Sequence record: SRR20825006_652
Reading direction: 5' to 3' (one strand)
Length of the DNA: 58,985 nt
The stretch's first letter is position 1. Each line of letters begins with the position of its first letter. Under the pieces are notes generated by a model, which had not been told where the DNA came from, searched no databases, and saw only the letters and a list, made by a program, of their open reading frames with translations. Position numbers and translations under genes: made by a program. Shown in pieces: positions 1 through 9,262 of the stretch.

Positions 1-466
1 TAAACACTGAAGTTTCAGCCATAGCCAACTGCTTGCCGTCAACAATACATGCGTGGCTTAATTCATCGTAAATCAAATAATCTTTACGATCTACAAGTGC
101 ATGTATAACACTCATAATACCTTGGTAGCCATAGTTAAGTAACATGGCTTCAGGTTTGTGCGAAAACTCAGCAAGTTCTTGCTCTAAGAGCTCATGCTCA
201 GTAGAATTTCCAGTCATTAAGCGAGCACCCATAGGCGAGCTTAATGAGTATTTTGCTGTAGCTTCAGCATCAATTTTTTTAATTTCAGGATTACTTCCAA
301 CTCCTAAATAATCATTGATACTCCAAACGATTACATCTTTGTCATTGAACTTCATTTCAGGGCCAAGAGGTCCTTCTAGTTTTGGAAAAGTATAGTAGCC
401 GTAGCCAGCTGAAGTAAATGGTCCTAGCGGACTTGGGCGTCGTTCAAGCTTGTCGAATAAATCCAT
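1..466 (-). CDS. PLP-dependent alpha-oxoamine synthase family (BioF/SPT/cysteate acyltransferase-like), N-terminal part, runs off the window edge
   Basis: Not in the ORF track. Read manually from ATG at 466: MDLFDKLERRPSPLGPFTSAGYGYYTFPKLEGPLGPEMKFNDKDVIVWSINDYLG...PMGARLMTG...LLNYGYQG...YDELSHACIVDG. Open to the edge, with the NDYLG and SHACIVDG AOS-family motifs. Confidence 0.88.
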   Translation of the reverse strand, partial: MDLFDKLERRPSPLGPFTSAGYGYYTFPKLEGPLGPEMKFNDKDVIVWSINDYLGVGSNPEIKKIDAEATAKYSLSSPMGARLMTGNSTEHELLEQELAEFSHKPEAMLLNYGYQGIMSVIHALVDRKDYLIYDELSHACIVDGKQLAMAETSVF

Positions 467-724
467 ATAATAATAGAAATAGTTTTGTCTGAATTGGAAT
501 TAACCTTAACAAATAGATGGAAAACGACAAAAAATAACAAATAAATTTGGTATAGCTCGTTAAACGAGCAAATTTATTGGATGTCCGATTTCTGCTAAGT
601 CATTAAGCTTTTTATAGTTGGCTGAGATATGAGAAGTCACTCAATTACAAGCTTACAATTTACTGAGATTTTTAGGATTTTTCAGGTCTATTTTAAAATT
701 CTAAGAATAGAGTAATGGAGTTTT

Positions 725-2071
725 TTACTCATCAAAGGCGGGTCTTAGTACAAAAAGTCCTCGATTTATATCACTTACAATAATAGTACCGCTCTTGAAA
801 TATGGATAGCTACTCCAAGCCCCTTCGAACATTCTATTTGGTTGGGTAAAAGCATCAGGTTCTGTATCGAAAAAGGCGGCTAAAGATAAATTAGCGGAAC
901 TAATATTGTCCATTCTAAGAACGCGAAGCCCTGATATGTAATTAGTTGCGTAAACGAAATCGCCTTTCACGTAAAGGTTGTGGTCTATTGCTTCAGTATT
1001 GTGTTCGTAAAAGCCGACAAAAGATGGATTATCTAAATCTCTAACATCGAAAACATAGGTTTTTGTAGTTCGGCCTAAGTTATACTCATCAAGTTCATCA
1101 TTCATCAAAAAGTAATCTTGGTCTTCAGTTAACCAACCTTGATGAGCATAATTCATATTAGTTTGTTCGATGAAGCTCAAAGTAGTTGGATTTTCTTTAT
1201 CGGTAACTTCAGAAATTACTAACGATTGTTCGGCGGAGCTAAAACATACTTCTTTACCTGAATAATCAGAATCTGGGCCATTGTAAATCACGCACTGTGC
1301 ATCGTGAATGTACGCTGAGTTACTCACTCTACGTGGAGGAGTGGTGTCTTCGTAACATCCTGCAAAAGTAGGGTTTTTAGGGTCGTTAATGTCAATCATA
1401 TGCAGCCCGCCTGTTGCGCAAATATCTGCATTCGTTACACCCACAGCGTAAGCAAAACCAGTTTCTTCATTTATAACAATGTTATGAGCGTTCGCAATTT
1501 CAGTATATAAAGCATCTTGAGAGAATTGAAGCTCAGTACCACTAAAAGCACGAAGTTTAGTGAGGTCAAAAACTTGCATGCCATGTGCTTGAGCATCACT
1601 TACAATAAATAGATGGTCTTTATAAACTTTATGATCGCGCCAAATCGAAGCTTGAGTATTCGATTTAGCATATTCTGTATCTCCTATCCCAACAGCACAT
1701 GCAGCATAAGAAATGTCATTCGCAGGAATTTTGAACTTACTAGCAGTAGTAGATTCATTAAGTTTACCAATAACAATTGGGTTGTTTGGGTCTGTAACGT
1801 CTACAAAAGAGATCCCATCGGTTAAACCAACCAAAGCGTATTCTTTGTTTGTTTGCGAATCAGTCCAACCCCAGATATCATTTAGATTGTTTCCTCCAAG
1901 TTCCTCTGCGCTAACCACGGAATAGAGGTCAATATTTGAACATTCGTAAATATCGGAAGCCAATCCATTATCGCAGGGAAAGTTGGCAATTGGAGTGTCA
2001 TTACCTTTGTCTTTACAGGAAAGTGCGCAAAGACAAAGTATTAGTAATGGAACAATATTTCTTTTTTTCAT
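725..2071 (-). CDS. choice-of-anchor B family / LVIVD-repeat lipoprotein
   Basis: Lipobox-like ALSC; NDIWGW, WRDHK, AHN, YIHDAQC, YAHQGW, IDHN and GAWSSYPYF motifs; His-rich beta-repeat pattern. Confidence 0.8.
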   Translation of the reverse strand: MKKRNIVPLLILCLCALSCKDKGNDTPIANFPCDNGLASDIYECSNIDLYSVVSAEELGGNNLNDIWGWTDSQTNKEYALVGLTDGISFVDVTDPNNPIVIGKLNESTTASKFKIPANDISYAACAVGIGDTEYAKSNTQASIWRDHKVYKDHLFIVSDAQAHGMQVFDLTKLRAFSGTELQFSQDALYTEIANAHNIVINEETGFAYAVGVTNADICATGGLHMIDINDPKNPTFAGCYEDTTPPRRVSNSAYIHDAQCVIYNGPDSDYSGKEVCFSSAEQSLVISEVTDKENPTTLSFIEQTNMNYAHQGWLTEDQDYFLMNDELDEYNLGRTTKTYVFDVRDLDNPSFVGFYEHNTEAIDHNLYVKGDFVYATNYISGLRVLRMDNISSANLSLAAFFDTEPDAFTQPNRMFEGAWSSYPYFKSGTIIVSDINRGLFVLRPAFDE

Positions 2072-2246
2072 GACTATAAGGAAGGATAAGAATTCACTGT
2101 ATCCATATAAGATAATAAAGATAACGAATTAAACCTTTTTGTGATTGCGATCGATTTTGTAAAGGTTTGAACATACAATTCACATTATAAAAAAATATGT
2201 TTATGATGTGTTATATTCAGGAGAGAACTAAACACTACGCATACCT

Positions 2247-2768
2247 ATGCTTCTACTAAAATACATTGCTAAACTATTGAAAGAACTGTCTTCGGAGGCA
2301 GAACCTAGCCAACTTGCAGGAGGATTTATTTTGGGGATGATTATTGGCTTAACACCAGTAATGTCTTTACACAATCTGCTCATAGTTGTCTTAATACTTG
2401 TTCTAAAAGTAAATATAGGGATGGCAATTCTGTCTTTTGCAGTGTTTAGTGGAGTTGCTTACCTCGCAGATCCTGCTTTCCATGCGTTTGGAGTTTGGAT
2501 GCTAGAAAACGAAAACTTTAAAGGGTTGTGGATATCAATGTACGATAACGAGTGGTTTGCAATGACACGTTTCTACAACACCGTGGTGCTTGGTAGCTTT
2601 GTTGCTGCTGTAATTCTTTGTGTACCAATGTTTCCGCTAACCATGGTTGGGATAAAACAATATCGAGTACATATCCATGCAAAGGTGCAGAAATTGAAGA
2701 TTGTTAAAGCACTTAAGGGATCTAAAATATATTCGATTTATCAAACGGTAAACCGAGTGAGAGGGTAA
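2247..2768 (+). CDS. TIGR03546-family (DUF2062-like) membrane protein
   Basis: 173 aa, hydrophobic; PSQLAGGFILGMIIGLTP and RFYNTVVLGS motifs; sits directly before a TIGR03545-like gene. Confidence 0.8.
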   Translation: MLLLKYIAKLLKELSSEAEPSQLAGGFILGMIIGLTPVMSLHNLLIVVLILVLKVNIGMAILSFAVFSGVAYLADPAFHAFGVWMLENENFKGLWISMYDNEWFAMTRFYNTVVLGSFVAAVILCVPMFPLTMVGIKQYRVHIHAKVQKLKIVKALKGSKIYSIYQTVNRVRG

Positions 2769-2772
2769 GACT

Positions 2773-4623
2773 ATGAGAGTTAAAGGAATAATATTTATTG
2801 CAGTACTGGTAGCTATTGGATTTGGATTAAGCATACTACTTACAGATAGCTGGATCGAAGATAAAATTGAATACAACGCCAGTGTTGCTAACGAAGCAAA
2901 AGTTGAAATAGACGGGTTTGAGTTCGATTTATTTAGTTTGAAAATACGCTGGGATAGGTTGCAGGTTACCAATCCCAAAAATACAATGATGAATACTTTC
3001 GAGACAGGTGATACCGAGTTCGATATGGATTTCTGGCCTATACTTTGGAGCAAAGTAATTATCGAAGATGTGAAATTAACGGGATTCCAGCTAGATACCG
3101 AACGAGAAACCGATGGCTATTTCGAAATGCCTATTAATGAATCTGGGGAACCGGAAGAACCTGGGTTTATTTCAGAAGTTACGAGCCAAATTTCGGGAGA
3201 GATAAAGAAAAACGCACAAAGTCAGATTGACGAAATAAAGACTGACATAGATGTGGATGCCCTTTTGGCAAAAGTTGACCTACAGTCTTTAAATAAGATG
3301 GATTCTCTACAAACAGGCTTGCAACAAAACTATACAAAGTGGGAAAATACTTTAAAGAATAATCCTATCGAGAAGAATGTTGACGAAATTAAGAAAAACG
3401 TTGATGGCCTAGAAGTTCCTAAGCTGAAAGATCCGAAGCAAGCAATTGCGGCACTCGAAGATGTTAAGAAATTGAGCGAGCAGGTTAAGAAGCTAAAGAC
3501 GGAAACAGAACAGCTTAAAAAGGATTTTGACCAAGATTTCAACAACTCTACTAAAAGTGCTGGTCAAATAGACAATTGGATTAAAGATGATATTCAGAGT
3601 GCTGTGAATGTTGCAAAGCTACCTGATTTTGACATCCAAAGTATTGGGACGGCACTTTTTGGAGGGAATTTGCTCGGCGATTTTAACGTATATCTTGAAT
3701 ATATCGGGGTTGCGAGAAAATATGGTAGTCGTTTTGTTGGTGGCGATGAAGAGGAAAAAATTGAACGTTATAAAGGTAAAAATTACAAGTTCTCTGATAA
3801 ATACGATTGGCCAGAGCTTTGGATTAAAAATGTGTCGCTATCTGGAAAAACCAAAACACAGATAGATCTTTCTGGTACCGTTACAAATATTAGTAACGAT
3901 CAAAAGAAAACCGGTTTACCCATAATTATTGATTTGGGTGGCGTAGATAAAAACAAGGTGTCGCTTTCCGTTAAGGGAGAGTTGAACTACTTAAGTGACG
4001 AACCTAAAGAAAATGTGACCGTTATATATGATGGTTTTTCATTAAAGAAGGCCAAGATTTCTCCATCCAATCTGTTGCCTTACGAATTGAAAGAAGGTAA
4101 AGGTGAAGTAAGTGCCCAGCTCGACTTAATAGACAAAAGAATTAAGAGCGAAATTGGATATAAAGCCAAAGGGATTAGCTTTGATTTCGAGAAAGCTGGC
4201 AAGCCAAAGAATAAAATAGAAACGGTTATTAGAGAAGCTATTCAAAGCACCGACGAAGTTTATGCTACTGCTTTAATTGATGGGACAGCAGATAAGTTGA
4301 ACATCAAAGTTCGCTCTAATATTGATGACCTTTTTGTGAATGCGCTCAAAAATACCGTTAAGAAAGAAGTTGATGCAGCTAAGAAGAAAATTCAAGACGA
4401 AGTAGAACGCCAAGTAACAGAAAAGCGTAAAGAAGTCGAGAAAATTGTCAAAGAGAAAGAGGCTGAGCTTAGAGCGGAATACGAAAAACTACAGGCAAAA
4501 GTTGACGAACAGACTAAAAAGGTAGAAGAGAAAAAAGCAGAGATTGAGAAGAAAAAGAAAGAGCTAGAAGATGCCGTAAAAGACGCAGCTAAGAATGCGC
4601 TAAAGAAGAAAATCGGATTTTAA
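2773..4623 (+). CDS. TIGR03545-family protein (N-terminal anchor, beta-rich segments, coiled coils)
   Basis: 616 aa; N-terminal TM; AKVEID...LQVTNPKNTMMN segment; K/E-rich coiled coils; 4 nt after its partner gene. Confidence 0.78.
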   Translation: MRVKGIIFIAVLVAIGFGLSILLTDSWIEDKIEYNASVANEAKVEIDGFEFDLFSLKIRWDRLQVTNPKNTMMNTFETGDTEFDMDFWPILWSKVIIEDVKLTGFQLDTERETDGYFEMPINESGEPEEPGFISEVTSQISGEIKKNAQSQIDEIKTDIDVDALLAKVDLQSLNKMDSLQTGLQQNYTKWENTLKNNPIEKNVDEIKKNVDGLEVPKLKDPKQAIAALEDVKKLSEQVKKLKTETEQLKKDFDQDFNNSTKSAGQIDNWIKDDIQSAVNVAKLPDFDIQSIGTALFGGNLLGDFNVYLEYIGVARKYGSRFVGGDEEEKIERYKGKNYKFSDKYDWPELWIKNVSLSGKTKTQIDLSGTVTNISNDQKKTGLPIIIDLGGVDKNKVSLSVKGELNYLSDEPKENVTVIYDGFSLKKAKISPSNLLPYELKEGKGEVSAQLDLIDKRIKSEIGYKAKGISFDFEKAGKPKNKIETVIREAIQSTDEVYATALIDGTADKLNIKVRSNIDDLFVNALKNTVKKEVDAAKKKIQDEVERQVTEKRKEVEKIVKEKEAELRAEYEKLQAKVDEQTKKVEEKKAEIEKKKKELEDAVKDAAKNALKKKIGF

Positions 4624-4684
4624 CCCTAAGGTTAAAGATGAATTTTATGCTCGTTCGTAGCTCTTTTGCGCAAGGTTGAGGGAA

Positions 4685-5380
4685 TTAGTTCTCAGGAATA
4701 TCTAAATCAATCAACCTAGCATCCAACATCTGGTTGATGTGGTCAATTTCATCATCATTTACTAAATGCCCCAATCCTGGATAGATTCTTTTTGTAAGCG
4801 ATCCGTTTATTTTCTCGAAAATTGCAGCCGTTTCTGTTAATCGTTGCATAGGGATATGAGGATCTACATCGCTACATCCCATAAAAATCGGAGTCTGTTC
4901 GAGATTCCCAGAATAGTTATCTGATAAAATATTATCACCAATTAGTCCACCGCTCAGTGCAATTAAGCCAGCATATTTTGCGGGGTGACGTGCAACAAAT
5001 TCAGAAGCTAAACATGCTCCTTGCGAAAACCCGAGCAAGAAAATTTTATCCTTGGTAAAACCTTGAGTTTCTACCAGCGCTATAATATCAAAGATTGCTT
5101 GAAGGCCAGAATTTAGTCCAGGTTGGTTCTGCTCTTGGGGAGCTAAAAATGAATACGGATACCAAGCGAAATTGGAAGCTTGTGGTGCTAAAAAAGTGAT
5201 TTTATCAGCATGATTTAGCGAGGTTCCTAATTGCAGAATACTTTCCGCACTAGCTCCACGGCCATGAATCATAATCATGACCGCTTTCGCATTGTTCAAA
5301 TTAGCTCCAGCTTTCAAAACTTGTTGGTTTTGATGAGGCCCAACGAAATTTTTGGTCGGTGAAATTCTAAACAGACTCAT
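4685..5380 (-). CDS. phospholipase/carboxylesterase (alpha/beta hydrolase, MhqD-like)
   Basis: HGRG oxyanion motif, GFSQG nucleophile, DPHIP, GLGH; 1-nt overlap with the upstream dioxygenase gene. Confidence 0.88.
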   Translation of the reverse strand: MSLFRISPTKNFVGPHQNQQVLKAGANLNNAKAVMIMIHGRGASAESILQLGTSLNHADKITFLAPQASNFAWYPYSFLAPQEQNQPGLNSGLQAIFDIIALVETQGFTKDKIFLLGFSQGACLASEFVARHPAKYAGLIALSGGLIGDNILSDNYSGNLEQTPIFMGCSDVDPHIPMQRLTETAAIFEKINGSLTKRIYPGLGHLVNDDEIDHINQMLDARLIDLDIPEN

Positions 5381-6309
5381 TATAGTTCCAAGTTTGGAAG
5401 TGTACGTTCAATTAGTTGTCTTCGTGGTTCTAACCACGGTGTAAGTATGAGTTTCTCACCAAGGTGATTGAAATCTTCATCGGTTGCATAGCCTGGCCCA
5501 TCTGTAGCAAGTTCAAAAAGAATACCACTTGGCTCTCTGAAATACACCGAATTAAACCAATGTCGGTCAATAACTTCTGTGGGCTGTAGACCCTTTGCAA
5601 GTACTTGTTCACGCATGTTTTTCAAATCGTCCATATCTTTGGCACGGAATGCTACGTGATGCACAATCCCTCTGCCTCCACGACCTTGCACTGCAGTTTC
5701 TGATTCTTCAATTATTACATGAGTGCCGATATTTCCTTCCGAAGATAACAAAGTCAGATTCCCTTCAGTTTGTTGCACCTCAAAGCCCAAAATATTGGCT
5801 AAAATATCTGTGGTTTCTTCGGCTTGTGTTAATTTCAACCTGGTAGACCAAAATCCTTGAATAGCTTGTTCAACAGGCACAGAGCTTTCAAAGGTGCTAA
5901 TTTTCTCCTTGGCGTTGCCATTAAAAATCAGATCCAATTCTAAACCATCAGGATCTTTAAACCGCACCGCCTCTTTTCCAAAAATAGACAATTCTTTATG
6001 CTCAATGCCTAATTCAGATAATCTATTAATCCAAAAAGATTCAGAACCTAAAGGAACTTGAAACGCCACGTTTACAGCCTCACCAGTGCCAGTTGTTCCT
6101 TGATGCGCTCTTGGCCAAGGGAAAAAAGTAATACTAGAGCCAGGATTAGCCGCTTCATTTCCATAAAACAAATGGTAAGTATTTGGATCGTCTTGGTTTA
6201 CAGATTTTTTAACCAGACGCATTCCTAATTTCTTGATATAAAACTGGGCATTCTGGGTTGGGTTACCTGCTAGAACAGAAATGTGGTGTAAGCCTTTATG
6301 GTGTGTCAT
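5380..6309 (-). CDS. ring-cleaving dioxygenase / glyoxalase (VOC, MhqO/MhqA-like)
   Basis: GLHHIS, VKKSVNQDDP.TYHLFYG, VHHVAFR and DRHWFNSVYFREPSGILFELAT motifs. Confidence 0.92.
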   Translation of the reverse strand: MTHHKGLHHISVLAGNPTQNAQFYIKKLGMRLVKKSVNQDDPNTYHLFYGNEAANPGSSITFFPWPRAHQGTTGTGEAVNVAFQVPLGSESFWINRLSELGIEHKELSIFGKEAVRFKDPDGLELDLIFNGNAKEKISTFESSVPVEQAIQGFWSTRLKLTQAEETTDILANILGFEVQQTEGNLTLLSSEGNIGTHVIIEESETAVQGRGGRGIVHHVAFRAKDMDDLKNMREQVLAKGLQPTEVIDRHWFNSVYFREPSGILFELATDGPGYATDEDFNHLGEKLILTPWLEPRRQLIERTLPNLEL

Positions 6310-6329
6310 AATTTTTCCATTGTTGATTA

Positions 6330-6371
6330 TTACATCGTAAATGTAAAAAATAGTTTAACATTAAACTATTT
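6330..6371. promoter_or_regulatory. two adjacent palindromes, probable repressor operators of the dioxygenase-esterase operon
   Basis: TTACAT-N5-ATGTAA (6330-6346) and perfect AAATAGTTTAA-CA-TTAAACTATTT (6348-6371), about 20-60 nt upstream of the ATG at 6309. Confidence 0.6.
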
Positions 6372-6461
6372 GGAAAAATCTATATGCTTTATTGAAGTAC
6401 TCGATTATCTCCGGCTAATGATAAGTGTTGCATTATTAGATAATTTCAACTATGATTAAGT

Positions 6462-6779
6462 ATGTCTAACTCACGAAAAATAGATGAACTTGCGCTTTCT
6501 AGAATCTCATCGAAATTGGGAGATGTTTCTACTGAGAAAATGGTTGAGTTCTTTTTCTACTTTCCTGCCGAGTTGGATGCTACCATGGCAGAAGTTGAGT
6601 TGGTAAATCTCCAGTTTCAATGCTCGGTTAGTAAAAGTCCGAATAAAAATGACTGGCTCTGTTTTGCTACTAAAAAAATGATGGTGTCCGAAGAGCGGTT
6701 TTCTGAACTCAGAACTTGGATGGAAAATCTAGCAGCCAAACATAACGGAACTTATGACGGATGGGGAATGGAAGTTTAG
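6462..6779 (+). CDS. RraB-like (ribonuclease E inhibitor family) small protein
   Basis: GD...VEFFFYF N-terminal pattern and C-terminal LAAKHNGTYDGWG. Confidence 0.7.
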   Translation: MSNSRKIDELALSRISSKLGDVSTEKMVEFFFYFPAELDATMAEVELVNLQFQCSVSKSPNKNDWLCFATKKMMVSEERFSELRTWMENLAAKHNGTYDGWGMEV

Positions 6780-6849
6780 CTAAGTGTGCCTATAAAAGAA
6801 CTTGTTTGTGTATCTTCAGAAAAAATTAAGCTGAAGCCAACCTCATTAA

Positions 6850-8082
6850 ATGAATATCTACCTTATAATAATATTATCTGCTATTGCTGTAGATTTAATA
6901 CTTGATTTAAGTTCCAAATACCTGAATCTAACATCTCTTTCTAAAAAGTTACCAAGCGAATTTGAAGGGGTTTATGATGAGGATACCTACTCTAAATCAC
7001 AGGAATACACCAGAGTTGTTACTCGTTTCGGATTCATTACAGGAGCATTTGATCTTGTAGTTACTTTGGCATTTTGGTTTTCAGGTGGATTCAACTGGTT
7101 AGATCAAATTGTTCGCGCATGGGCATTTGGTGAACTTATCACGGGGCTTCTTTTCATCATTCTTTTGATGGTAACCAAGTCCATTATTTCATTACCATTT
7201 AGTATTTATTCAACCTTTGTTATTGAAGAACGCTTTGGTTTCAATAAAACCACACCAAAAACTTTCATAGTAGATATGCTGAAAGGAATGGCACTAGGTG
7301 CGATTATTGGGATTCCCGTACTTGCAGGAATTTTGAGTTTCTTTATGTTCACAGGCTCCCTTTCTTGGCTTTATGCATGGGGTGCAGTAACTATTTTTAC
7401 GTTGGTGATGCAATATGTGGCCCCAACATGGATTATGCCGATTTTCAATAAATTCACTCCTCTTGAAGAAGGTGAGCTAAGAACAGCAATCGAAAATTAC
7501 ACGGCAAAAGTTGATTTCCCCTTACAAGGTCTTTTTGTTATCGACGGCTCAAAACGATCAAGCAAATCGAACGCTTTTTTTACGGGTTTTGGAAAGAATA
7601 AACGTGTTGCTCTTTATGATACGCTCATTGAAAATCATACTAATGAAGAACTTGTGGCCGTGTTAGCTCACGAAATTGGGCACTACAAGAAGAAGCACAT
7701 CATAAAAGGTATGATTACAAGCATCCTACATACAGGTGTACTTTTCTATTTACTTTCGGTTTTCTTGAATGTAGAAGGATTATTCGATGCTTTCTATATG
7801 GAGAATATGTCGGTTTACGCAGGGTTAATCTTTTTCGGAATGCTATATGCACCCATCGAAATGATTTTGTCAATTTTTATGCAAATGTCTTCAAGAAAGC
7901 ACGAGTTTGAGGCAGATGCTTTTGCCGCAGAAACTACAGGCAAACCAGAAGACATGATTTCAACACTCAAAAAATTATCAAAAGACAATCTTTCTAATTT
8001 AACCCCACATCCATTTTACGTATTCTTAAATTATTCGCACCCTCCAGTATTACAACGTATTAATGCAATAAGAAAAGCCTGA
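6850..8082 (+). CDS. M48 family Ste24/CAAX-like zinc metalloprotease
   Basis: Multiple TMs; DGSKRSSKSNAFFTG, AHEIGH (HExxH), EFEAD, YSHPP. Confidence 0.95.
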   Translation: MNIYLIIILSAIAVDLILDLSSKYLNLTSLSKKLPSEFEGVYDEDTYSKSQEYTRVVTRFGFITGAFDLVVTLAFWFSGGFNWLDQIVRAWAFGELITGLLFIILLMVTKSIISLPFSIYSTFVIEERFGFNKTTPKTFIVDMLKGMALGAIIGIPVLAGILSFFMFTGSLSWLYAWGAVTIFTLVMQYVAPTWIMPIFNKFTPLEEGELRTAIENYTAKVDFPLQGLFVIDGSKRSSKSNAFFTGFGKNKRVALYDTLIENHTNEELVAVLAHEIGHYKKKHIIKGMITSILHTGVLFYLLSVFLNVEGLFDAFYMENMSVYAGLIFFGMLYAPIEMILSIFMQMSSRKHEFEADAFAAETTGKPEDMISTLKKLSKDNLSNLTPHPFYVFLNYSHPPVLQRINAIRKA

Positions 8083-8109
8083 TAATTTTTTCATTTAAAT
8101 GTTGAACTC

Positions 8110-9240
8110 ATGCATACATCAAAAAAAATAGAAACTATAGCCATTCATTCAGGAATGGATCATTCATCGGGTTCACGGTCTATCGTTCCGCCGTTGGAAT
8201 CTTCCACAAACTATGAGCATGATGAAAGGGGATACCAGGAAGGGGATTTTATTTACACTCGTTATGAGAATCCGAACCGATTGCAGCTCGAAAAAGTATT
8301 AGCGGATCTTGAAGAAGGCGAGGCATGTGCAACGTTTTCGTCGGGTGTAGCTGCAATTTCGGCAGTTTTTCAAGCTCTAGAAGCAGGGTCGCATGTGCTT
8401 TTACCGAACGATTTGTATCATGGAACACGAGTTATTTTGCAGAATTTTGGTAAACGTTGGGGCCTAGAATTTTCCTATACCGATATGACCGATATGGATA
8501 TAGTGAAAGCTGACTGTAGAAAAAATACCAAGCTAATTTTTGTTGAAACTCCTTCGAATCCGCTAATGTTAATTACCGATGTGGAGAAGATGTGCAACTT
8601 CGCCAAAACTGTTGGGGCGAAAGTGTGTGTAGATAATACGTGGCCTACGCCGTTGAACTTGAACCCAATTCATTATGGTGCTGATTTGGTGATGCATTCA
8701 ACTACAAAATATTTAGCAGGACATAGCGATATTTTGGGCGGTGCTGTAATTTCAGCCAAGAAAGATGAGTTTTTTGATGAAATCCGATCAATACAAAGAG
8801 TGCAGGGTGCGGTTCCATCTCCGAGAGATTGTTGGTTGTTGAGTAGAAGTATCAGAAGTTTTCCGTATCGCATGCGTGGACATAATGAAAATGCGAAGAG
8901 CGTAGCTAATTATTTAGTTACTCACCCAAAAGTAAAAAGTGTGTTTTATCCGGGGCTTGAATCTCATCCCGGACACGAAATTGCGAGGAGCCAAATGAGC
9001 GGTTTTGGAGGAATGGTGTCTTTTCTTTTTGAAGGAAAAGCGAAAGAGACTTTAGAAGTGGTTTCTAAATCTAAACTAATTAAAAGAGCTACGAGTTTAG
9101 GTGGAGTAGAAAGCACTTGGGAACATCGCCAATCAAGCGAAAGTGAAGGATCAACCACACCAGAAAATCTTATTCGATTTAGTGTTGGGCTTGAACATAT
9201 AGATGATTTAATCGCCGATCTGAAATTAGCGCTAGGTTAA
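8110..9240 (+). CDS. cystathionine gamma-synthase/lyase family (Cys/Met metabolism PLP enzyme)
   Basis: YTRYENP, ETPSNP, VDNT, HSTTKYLAGHSD (PLP Lys), SLGGVES, RFSVGLE. Confidence 0.93.
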   Translation: MHTSKKIETIAIHSGMDHSSGSRSIVPPLESSTNYEHDERGYQEGDFIYTRYENPNRLQLEKVLADLEEGEACATFSSGVAAISAVFQALEAGSHVLLPNDLYHGTRVILQNFGKRWGLEFSYTDMTDMDIVKADCRKNTKLIFVETPSNPLMLITDVEKMCNFAKTVGAKVCVDNTWPTPLNLNPIHYGADLVMHSTTKYLAGHSDILGGAVISAKKDEFFDEIRSIQRVQGAVPSPRDCWLLSRSIRSFPYRMRGHNENAKSVANYLVTHPKVKSVFYPGLESHPGHEIARSQMSGFGGMVSFLFEGKAKETLEVVSKSKLIKRATSLGGVESTWEHRQSSESEGSTTPENLIRFSVGLEHIDDLIADLKLALG

Positions 9241-9262
9241 ACCTCTAAATTAAATTGATAGC

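Noticed and set aside
2140..2155. CRP-like TGTGA half-site in the divergent promoter
   Set aside because: The second half-site (TCGAT) is a poor match to TCACA.
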